Source of the DNA: Candidatus Nitrospira inopinata
Lineage (GTDB): Bacteria > Nitrospirota > Nitrospiria > Nitrospirales > Nitrospiraceae
NCBI RefSeq assembly: GCF_001458695.1
Contig: NZ_LN885086.1
Location: 1,350,001 to 1,382,000, forward strand
Direction of reading: 5' to 3'
Length of the DNA: 32,000 bases
The position numbers were made by a program, and so were the translations under genes. The notes beneath the pieces are model-generated. The model did not search any database, was not told the origin of the DNA, and saw only the letters and a program-made list of their open reading frames with translations. Within the stretch, counting starts at the first letter, position 1; every line of letters starts with the position of its first letter. Positions 25,526 to 32,000 of the stretch are shown here, piece after piece.

Positions 25526-28294
25526 TTGCTCGGAATTTGCGACCCGGTGCTGGCCGTTTGCTCGATGCTGCTGGGCGGCGCGGCAGCCTACGTCGTTCTC
25601 AGCATCGCCGAGCGGATGCGCGCCACCGATCAGCGGCTGGTGAAGCTGCAATGGCTTTCGATCGGCGCCGTCGCCGCCGGGCTCGAAATATGGGCGATCC
25701 ATTTCATCGGGAACCTGGCCTTTTGCCCTCCGACTCACACGGCTCAGCACTCGGCGCTCGCCGTGTTTTCCGTTCTGTCCGCAGGAGGGGCCGGAGCCGC
25801 GGCCGTCTATCTCATCAGTAGCCATAACGGGGACCCCCTTCGACTCGTGGCCGGCGGCCTGGTGATGGGCGGGTGCATGAGCGTCACCCATTTCACCGGT
25901 TTGATGGCGTTGCACCGGTCGATGGATCTTCGGTGGGATTGGTTCCTGTTCGCCCTCTCGATCGCGATCATCGTCATGCTCGGCGTCGGCGTCGTTGCGC
26001 TTGGGGCCTGGAACATTGCGGCAGGCGGCTGGCGGGTGACCGAAAAGGCCAGCGCGATGGGGTTGGTTCTTTCCGGGGCCCATGTCATCGGGATGATGCC
26101 GGCGTACGGTCTGGCCGATATCGAGGTCGGCGCCCCGCCGGGAATCGCGGTCGACTTGCTGGCCGTGGTCGCCGTGGCCCTCTCGACCCTTTTAGCCGTG
26201 ATCGATCGACAAGTCACGAAAGCGTCGAACCTGGCTCGCGACAGCCATGCACGGATGATCGAGGCCATCGAAATGGTTCCGCAGTGGTTTGCGCTGTTCG
26301 ACGCCGACGACCGGCTGGTGATCTGCAATCGCAAATATCGGGAGGTGGTCTCGCGACCAGGGGCCGAGGTGAAAGCGGGCGAGTCGTTCGAGTCGATCAT
26401 CCGCCGCCTCGCCGAGCGGGGCGACATCCCCGCCGCCGCCGGGGACGTTGAAGCATGGGTGCGAATGCGCCTCGACCGGCATCGGAATCCCCAGGAGCCG
26501 TATATTCATCAACGAGCGAGCGGAGAATGGATCCAGATCAACGAAAGAAGGACGAAGGACGGCGGGGTCATCGCCATTGCAACGGACATCACGGCGTTGA
26601 AGCGGGCGGAACAGGCCGCCGAGGACGCCAAGGCGCGATTGGCCGACTCGTTGGCGCTGGTCGAGGCGGCCAAGGCCCGAATGCAAGAGGAGTTGAACGT
26701 CGGCCGGGACATTCAGAGAAGTCTCTTGCCGAACGTTTTCCCGGAGCGAAAGGATCTGGAACTCTACGCGCTTCTTGAGCCGGCCCTGGAAATCGGAGGC
26801 GACCTCTACGATTTCTTTATGATCGACGACCACCGGCTCTGCGTCGTGATCGGCGACGTGGCGGGTAACGGGGTGCCGGCCGCGTTGTTCATGGCGATGA
26901 CCAAAATCACGGTGAAGACGCGGGCGATGTCCGATCCGTCGCCGGCCAGCATCGTCACCTATGTGAACGATGCGCTCAGCGCGGACAACGATTCCTGCAT
27001 GTTCGTGACTCTGTATTTGGGCATTTTGAATCTCCGCGACGGCGTGCTGCTCGCGACGAACGCCGGGCACAATCCTCCTCTCCTGAAACGGCGGAACGGT
27101 CGGTTTGAGTGGATGCCCGATCTGGACGGGCCCATGGTGGGTCCCATGGCGGGCATTGCCTTCAAGGAGAGCAGGATTCAGTTGGAGCCCGGCGATGAGT
27201 TGTTCTTGTACACCGACGGGGTGACGGAAGCCGATAACGGCCGCCGCGAATTGTTCGGCAACGATCGGTTGAAAACGGTCCTCGACCGGTCCGGAGACAT
27301 CTCGGTCGTCGATCGCCTTCAAGCGGTCATGAAAGCGGTCAAAGCCTTTGCCGGCGACGCTCCGCAGGCGGATGACATCACCATGTTGGGATTTCGATTC
27401 AACGGCGTGGTCGCGTCCGAAGCGGGGGACGGAGGGTTTCGTCGAACCATGTCCAACCAATTGGCCGAGATTCCCGATCTCCAGACCGCGTTCGAGCGGT
27501 ACGTGGCTCAATGGGAACGGGCCAGGCCGCTGATTCCCGTTCTCAACATGGCGCTCGACGATCTGCTGAACAACGTGGTGCAGTACGCGTTCCCCCATGA
27601 TCCGACGGCCCATCATGCGATCACGGTCGAGGGCGAAGTGCGCGACGAGCACGTCGTGCTCACCATTGCCGACGACGGCATCCCCTTTAACCCCTTGACG
27701 GTGGCTCCCCCCGATCTGTCGTTGCTGTTGCACGAACGTGAGATCGGCGGCTTGGGGATTCATTTGGTTCGCTCCATGTTCGACGAAGTGACGTACCGGC
27801 GCAACGTCGGGCGTAATATTCTGACGCTGAAAAAGAAGCTGGTGCCCGGAGCATCCGCTTCCCCCGGTCATGCCGAGTCGGTGGTGGGCGGCGTGGTCGA
27901 AGTTGAAAAGGGGCTTGCCCGATCCGCTCAATTGACGGGACGAATCGTGGGAAACGTCGAAACGTGGCGCTCAGGCGCCGCGGTCATTGTCGTGCCGAGG
28001 GACCGATTTGATACGAACAGCGCGCCGGCGGTCGAGCGCGTCATCACCGACCATATCGAGCGGGGCGAACGGAGGATCGTGCTCGATCTTTCCCGTATTT
28101 CATACATCTCCTCGATCGGGGTGCGAGTGATCGTCAAGACCGTCATAACACTGATGCGAACGGGCGGGCACGTCGCGCTTTTCGGGGGGAACGAGCATGT
28201 CCGCACGGTCATGCGATTAAGCGGCTCTCTGATGGCGAGCCTCCACGTCTCCACGCTTGAAGAAGCTCTGTTTAAGGTCCAAGCTGATCGCTGA
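25526..28294 (+). CDS. Multidomain membrane signalling protein: MHYT sensor, PAS, PP2C/SpoIIE phosphatase, RsbW/SpoIIAB-type GHKL kinase and a STAS (anti-sigma antagonist) domain
   Basis: TTG at 25526 is the first start after the in-frame stop at 25511, with GGAG 6 nt upstream. The MHYT region has six hydrophobic segments with IWAIHFIGNLAF, SVTHFTGLMAL and GAHVIGMMPAY. The PAS domain reads VPQWFALFDADDRLVICNRKYREVV...GEWIQINERRTKDGGVIAIATDITALKRAE. PP2C motifs are GGDLYDF, GDVAGNGVPAAL, LYTDGVTEA and DDITML. Kinase motifs are LLNNVVQYAF, DDGIPFNP and GGLGIHLV. The STAS motif is LDLSRISYISSIGVRVIV. Confidence 0.9.
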   Translation: MLGICDPVLAVCSMLLGGAAAYVVLSIAERMRATDQRLVKLQWLSIGAVAAGLEIWAIHFIGNLAFCPPTHTAQHSALAVFSVLSAGGAGAAAVYLISSHNGDPLRLVAGGLVMGGCMSVTHFTGLMALHRSMDLRWDWFLFALSIAIIVMLGVGVVALGAWNIAAGGWRVTEKASAMGLVLSGAHVIGMMPAYGLADIEVGAPPGIAVDLLAVVAVALSTLLAVIDRQVTKASNLARDSHARMIEAIEMVPQWFALFDADDRLVICNRKYREVVSRPGAEVKAGESFESIIRRLAERGDIPAAAGDVEAWVRMRLDRHRNPQEPYIHQRASGEWIQINERRTKDGGVIAIATDITALKRAEQAAEDAKARLADSLALVEAAKARMQEELNVGRDIQRSLLPNVFPERKDLELYALLEPALEIGGDLYDFFMIDDHRLCVVIGDVAGNGVPAALFMAMTKITVKTRAMSDPSPASIVTYVNDALSADNDSCMFVTLYLGILNLRDGVLLATNAGHNPPLLKRRNGRFEWMPDLDGPMVGPMAGIAFKESRIQLEPGDELFLYTDGVTEADNGRRELFGNDRLKTVLDRSGDISVVDRLQAVMKAVKAFAGDAPQADDITMLGFRFNGVVASEAGDGGFRRTMSNQLAEIPDLQTAFERYVAQWERARPLIPVLNMALDDLLNNVVQYAFPHDPTAHHAITVEGEVRDEHVVLTIADDGIPFNPLTVAPPDLSLLLHEREIGGLGIHLVRSMFDEVTYRRNVGRNILTLKKKLVPGASASPGHAESVVGGVVEVEKGLARSAQLTGRIVGNVETWRSGAAVIVVPRDRFDTNSAPAVERVITDHIERGERRIVLDLSRISYISSIGVRVIVKTVITLMRTGGHVALFGGNEHVRTVMRLSGSLMASLHVSTLEEALFKVQADR

Positions 28295-28423
28295 GGGCCT
28301 CGCGCAACTCGGCAAAAAGGCGTCCGCTCATACCAATCGGCGAGCGGTTCCGTGTGTTCCCGTTGAGATGGAAATGGAATCCGTGAGGTGTCGTTGCTAT
28401 GATGGGCCGACAATCGGACAGAT

Positions 28424-28453
28424 AGAACGCGGATAAACAGAACGCGGACAAAC
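28424..28453. repeat. Tandem 15-bp direct repeat AGAACGCGGA(T/C)AAAC x2 upstream of the free STAS gene
   Basis: Units lie at 28424-28438 and 28439-28453 with 14/15 identity. A partial third copy (CGGACAGA) sits just upstream. The repeat lies 135 nt before the STAS ATG. Confidence 0.6.
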
Positions 28454-28493
28454 GGAATTGGCGGTTCACGTTGCCTGACGTCGAACGGCGTCC

Positions 28494-28507
28494 GGCATGA
28501 TCATGCC
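28494..28507. promoter_or_regulatory. Perfect 14-bp palindrome GGCATGATCATGCC (candidate operator) upstream of the free STAS gene
   Basis: The sequence is exactly self-complementary and lies 81 nt before the ATG at 28588, downstream of a TTGCCT hexamer (28471-28476). Any function is inferred only. Confidence 0.3.
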
Positions 28508-28587
28508 CCAAGAGGGCGCGCCGACACGTGCGCATCCTATCGGTGCCAAAGTCGAGAAGCGGTCTTCTCGCAGAAAGGAGCGTGACG

Positions 28588-28971
28588 ATGGAACAGGGAA
28601 CCAGACATACATTGACGGTAGCCGTTCATGAAAACGCCGGGGTCACTTGTGTCGCGTTGCAGGGCAGCCTCTCCGCCACCACCGCCGAACAGGGAACTCA
28701 AGAATTAAAAAAGATCATCGATGCGGGCGCCAAGAAGGTGGTCGTCAATCTGGAAGGCGTCGACTATATCAGCAGCGGTGGGATACGGGTGCTCATGCTG
28801 GCGCACAAACAGCTCAGCAACGTGCATGGGGAGATGAAGATCGCGGCCGCGAGGGGGATGGTCAAAGAAGCCCTTGAAGCCAGCGGGTTTAATCTGCTGA
28901 ATCGCGTGTACGGCGGCTCCATTCAACTGTGCAATACGGAAGAAGAGGCCGTGGCCGCCTTTCAAGGCTAG
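28588..28971 (+). CDS. STAS-domain anti-sigma-factor antagonist (RsbV/SpoIIAA-like)
   Basis: The ATG at 28588 is preceded by AAAGGAG. The 127-aa product carries VVVNLEGVDYISSGGIRVLMLAHKQL, with the conserved phosphorylatable Ser in the ISSGG context. Confidence 0.9.
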   Translation: MEQGTRHTLTVAVHENAGVTCVALQGSLSATTAEQGTQELKKIIDAGAKKVVVNLEGVDYISSGGIRVLMLAHKQLSNVHGEMKIAAARGMVKEALEASGFNLLNRVYGGSIQLCNTEEEAVAAFQG

Positions 28972-29014
28972 GCCCTCAAACTTCAAAGCATCATGGCGGG
29001 CGATTGAGGAGGCC

Positions 29015-29986
29015 ATGCACTACGTCCATCTTGGGCGCTCGGGTGTGAGAGTGAGCCGACTCTGCCTGGGCACGATGAATTTCGGTCCCCAGACGAGCGA
29101 GGCCGAGAGTTTTGCGATCATGGATCGAGCCTTGGAGCTGGGCATCAATTTTTTCGACACGGCCGACGTGTACGGCTGGAAAGTGGGCGAAGGGTGGACG
29201 GAGCAGATTGTCGGCCGATGGTTCAAACAGGGTGGAGGGCGGCGGGACAAGGTCGTGCTGGCGACCAAGGTCTATGGCCGCATGGGCGATTGGCCCAACC
29301 AATCGCGCCTGTCGGCGTTGCACATCAAACGGGCTTGCGAGGAGAGTTTGCGGCGGTTGGGGACGGATTCTATCGATCTCTATCAGATGCATCACGTTGA
29401 TCGGGAGTCACCATGGGATGAAATCTGGCAGGCGATGGAGCAGTTGGTGCGGGAAGGGAAGATTGTCTACGTCGGCAGCAGCAATTTCGCCGCCTGGCAT
29501 CTGGCTCAGGCTCAGGAGACCGCAAAGAGCCGGCACTTCCTGGGGCTCGTCTCTGAGCAGAGTCTCTACAACTTGCTCGAACGGACGGTGGAGCTGGAGG
29601 TGATCCCGGCCTGTCAAGCCTATGGGATCGGCCTGATCCCTTGGAGCCCGCTGGCGAGGGGGGCGCTGGCTGGGGCCTTGGGACCGGTGACCGGTGGGCG
29701 TCGGGCCGGGGCGGAGGTCAAGCGAGAGATCGAGCAACATCGGGCGAAGCTGGAAGCCTATGAAACGTTCTGCCGTGATCTGGGTGAACAGCCGACGGCC
29801 GTGGCCTTGGCCTGGTTGCTCCATCAGCCGGCGGTCACGGCGCCGATTATCGGGCCGCGCACGGTCGAGCAGCTCGATAGCTCGATGCGAGCCCTCAGTC
29901 TCACGTTGAGCAGTGAGCATCTGAAACGGCTGGATGAGATCTTCCCGGGACCAGGCGGACCCGCTCCCGAAGCCTATGCCTGGTAG
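29015..29986 (+). CDS. Aldo/keto reductase (NADP-dependent oxidoreductase)
   Basis: MHYVHLGRSGVRVSRLCLGTMNFG, INFFDTADVYG, and DLYQMHHVD are present. IVYVGSSNF and LIPWSPLARG are also present. The start follows GAGGAGG. Length is 323 aa. Confidence 0.92.
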   Translation: MHYVHLGRSGVRVSRLCLGTMNFGPQTSEAESFAIMDRALELGINFFDTADVYGWKVGEGWTEQIVGRWFKQGGGRRDKVVLATKVYGRMGDWPNQSRLSALHIKRACEESLRRLGTDSIDLYQMHHVDRESPWDEIWQAMEQLVREGKIVYVGSSNFAAWHLAQAQETAKSRHFLGLVSEQSLYNLLERTVELEVIPACQAYGIGLIPWSPLARGALAGALGPVTGGRRAGAEVKREIEQHRAKLEAYETFCRDLGEQPTAVALAWLLHQPAVTAPIIGPRTVEQLDSSMRALSLTLSSEHLKRLDEIFPGPGGPAPEAYAW

Positions 29987-30027
29987 GAGGGGAGAGCCGC
30001 TGTTCGCCCTCGCGCACAGTCCCTGCG

Positions 30028-32000
30028 ATGCCCATGACCGAGCACCGGCCCGTCGTTCCTTCCACCGTTTCGCTGCCTGAAATCACGGTCAAAGCGGTCG
30101 TGCTCTCGGTGGTGCTGGCCGCTCTGTTGGCCGCCGCCAATGCCTATCTTGGGCTGTTTGCCGGCATGACCGTGTCGGCGTCGATCCCGGCGGCCGTGAC
30201 CTCGATGGCGGTGCTGCGCCTCTTCCGCCGCTCGAATATCCTCGAAAACAACATCGTCCAAACCGCCGTGTCTGCTGGAGAGGCCCTGGCGGCCGGCGTG
30301 ATCTTCACGATTCCCGCTCTGTTGTTGGTCGGCTCATGGTCCTCGTTCGACTATTGGCGGACGACCGTCATCGCGATGGTCGGTGGGTTGCTCGGCGTGC
30401 TGTTTACGATTCCGTTGCGACGGGCGCTGATCGTGACGGCACAGTTGCGATTTCCCGAAGGGGTGGCCACGGCCGAAGTACTCAAGGCGGGAGCAGCCAC
30501 TCCACATGAGGCGGGGCGGGCTGTTGCTCATGATGTCCGGGTGCTCTTGTTTTCAGCGTTGGCCGGCGGCGCGACAAAGTTTTGTGAGAGCGGCCTTCGT
30601 CTCTGGGCGGAATCGCTGGAAGGGGCGGTCCGGATCGGACGAACTCTATTCTACGGAGGCATCAATCTGTCACCGGCGTTGTTGGCGGTGGGGTTCATCT
30701 TGGGGCTCCGCACGGCGCTGGTTGTCTTTCTGGGAGGCTGTCTCGGCTGGGTGGTGTTGGTTCCGGCCCATGGGCTGTTCTTTGGAGTGCCGACCGATCG
30801 GCAGGGGATCGAGGCGGCCATGGCCATCTGGAGTGGAAAGGTCCGCTATGTGGGCATCGGGGCGATGGTGGTGGGAGGGCTCTGGACCCTGGCCCAATTG
30901 CGCGCCCCCGTCTGGCAGAGTCTTCAAGTCCTGTGGGCCCGCTATCGAGAGGCTGGAACGAAGCGGCGGAGGGGAGAGCCTCCGGGCCGGACCACTGTCG
31001 AGAACCGTGAGGGGAAAGCTGATGCGACAGCCAGGACGGAGCGGGATGCGCCGTTTTGGTGGTTGGTTGCGCCGTTCGTGCTGTTGTTGATCCCGGCGGC
31101 CTGGATCTATGCGACCGTGGTGGACAGTGTCGCGATCGGCCTGTTCATGACCCTGGTGATGACGGTCGCCGCGTTTTTGTTTTCATCGGTGGCGGCCTAT
31201 ATGGCGGGGCTGGTCGGCAGTTCCAGCAATCCTGTCTCGGGTGTGACGATCGCCACGATCATGGCTGCCTCGCTGCTGCTCGTCTTATTCATGGGAGCGG
31301 GCCATCCGGCCGGTCCCGCGGCGGCCCTGGTGATCGGAGCGGTGGTCTGCTGCGCCGCGGCCATGGGAGGTGACAATATGCAGGACCTCAAAACCGGTCA
31401 TCTGGTGGGAGCGACGCCGTGGAAGCAACAAGTGATGCAGGTGGTGGGGGTTCTCGCCGGCGCGGTGGTGTTGGCTCCTGTGCTGACGGTGCTCCAGGCC
31501 AAGTATGGCATCGGGGCGCCGACGAGCGACCATCCCCATCCGTTGAGTGCGCCGCAGGCGACGCTCATGGCCAGTCTGGCGCACAGTGTGTTCGGCGGGG
31601 CGGTTCCCTGGCCGTTGGTGGGAGCGGGGGCCGTGATCGGTGGGCTGGTGATTCTGTTGGACCAGAGACAGGAACGGCGTGGCCGGAGCTTCCGTCTCCC
31701 GATCCTGGCCGTGGCGCTGGGGATCTATCTGCCGTTGAAACTCTCTGCTGCAATCGTTGCAGGCGGGGTCGTCGCCGCTCTGGCTGAACGGGCAAGAGAA
31801 AGCGGCGGGGCCGGGGAGGATGGGGCACGGCGAGGACTCCTCTTTTCGGCCGGATTGGTTACCGGTGAATCCTTAATGGGTATTCTCTTGGCGTTGCCAG
31901 TCGCACTCGGCGCCCTGTGGCCCGGCCTTGGTTCCGATCCCTTCGCGCTGTTCGATCGTCCGCCGTTGGGCGGTTGGCCCGGCCTCTTGATGATGGCCCT
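30028..32000 (+). CDS. OPT-family oligopeptide transporter (3' end beyond the window)
   Basis: This gene is absent from the ORF track because no stop is reached. I hand-translated frame 1 over 30028-30432, 30481-31140 and 31381-31460 and saw no stop; the rest of the frame was not translated. ATGs occur at 30028 and 30034. The product reads MTEHRPVV..ITVKAVVLSVVLAALLAAANAYLGLFAGMTVSASIPAAVTSMAVLR...IFTIPALLL...MQDLKTGHLVGATPWKQQVMQVVGVLAG, typical of bacterial OPT transporters. Confidence 0.9.
   Translation, partial: MPMTEHRPVVPSTVSLPEITVKAVVLSVVLAALLAAANAYLGLFAGMTVSASIPAAVTSMAVLRLFRRSNILENNIVQTAVSAGEALAAGVIFTIPALLLVGSWSSFDYWRTTVIAMVGGLLGVLFTIPLRRALIVTAQLRFPEGVATAEVLKAGAATPHEAGRAVAHDVRVLLFSALAGGATKFCESGLRLWAESLEGAVRIGRTLFYGGINLSPALLAVGFILGLRTALVVFLGGCLGWVVLVPAHGLFFGVPTDRQGIEAAMAIWSGKVRYVGIGAMVVGGLWTLAQLRAPVWQSLQVLWARYREAGTKRRRGEPPGRTTVENREGKADATARTERDAPFWWLVAPFVLLLIPAAWIYATVVDSVAIGLFMTLVMTVAAFLFSSVAAYMAGLVGSSSNPVSGVTIATIMAASLLLVLFMGAGHPAGPAAALVIGAVVCCAAAMGGDNMQDLKTGHLVGATPWKQQVMQVVGVLAGAVVLAPVLTVLQAKYGIGAPTSDHPHPLSAPQATLMASLAHSVFGGAVPWPLVGAGAVIGGLVILLDQRQERRGRSFRLPILAVALGIYLPLKLSAAIVAGGVVAALAERARESGGAGEDGARRGLLFSAGLVTGESLMGILLALPVALGALWPGLGSDPFALFDRPPLGGWPGLLMMA

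Noticed and set aside
28272-28535. 87-aa minus-strand ORF filling the gap between the sensor and the free STAS gene.
   Set aside because: It is Arg/His/Cys-rich and low in complexity and has no SD. Its repetitive stretch (LSAFCLSAFYLS) is simply the translation of the 15-bp tandem DNA repeat, so the region is better explained as regulatory DNA.
1-32000. I looked for CRISPR arrays, IS elements or transposases, rRNA genes, and known defence-system hallmarks such as large ATPase/nuclease pairs and reverse transcriptases.
   Set aside because: I noticed no regularly spaced repeats of 25-40 bp, no terminal inverted repeats flanking a transposase-like ORF, and no such protein motifs in any listed ORF.

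Overview
High-GC bacterial chromosomal segment (hand counts on single 60-nt lines give about 60-65% in core genes). It is densely packed with housekeeping genes on both strands. The gene content (lptE, slt, aat, zapA/zapB, RNase Y plus YmdB) points to a diderm, non-enteric lineage; the lineage cannot be fixed by eye. I call 30 CDS, one gene fragment, tRNA-His(GUG) with encoded CCA, one candidate structured sRNA, three sigma70-like promoters and a few repeats. Order, left to right: slt; zapB-zapA; a 580-nt non-coding gap with a rod-like 6S-type RNA candidate; rny-ymdB; xseA-xseB; tlyA; a sugar epimerase. A minus-strand block follows: rhodanese, aat, an orphan lipoprotein, a ZAS anti-sigma, an ECF sigma, an exported protein with an internal tandem duplication, and der. 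Then come yrfG-like HAD, a SAM-methyltransferase, leuS-lptE-holA, rpsT, pyrF and tRNA-His. A roughly 1.3-kb lower-GC islet of orphan and fragmentary ORFs sits next to the tRNA. The window ends with a 922-aa membrane protein fusing MHYT, PAS, PP2C phosphatase, RsbW-type kinase and STAS domains, a free STAS paralogue, an aldo/keto reductase and a 3'-truncated OPT transporter. The best candidate for an undescribed system is that all-in-one partner-switching module, which has a degenerate MHYT sensor and no visible sigma-factor target. Secondary leads are the 6S-like RNA, the RsrA-like ECF/ZAS pair flanked by unknown exported proteins, and the tRNA-His islet. No CRISPR array, transposase or recognisable defence system is seen. 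All calls come from reading motifs by eye; no database search was run.
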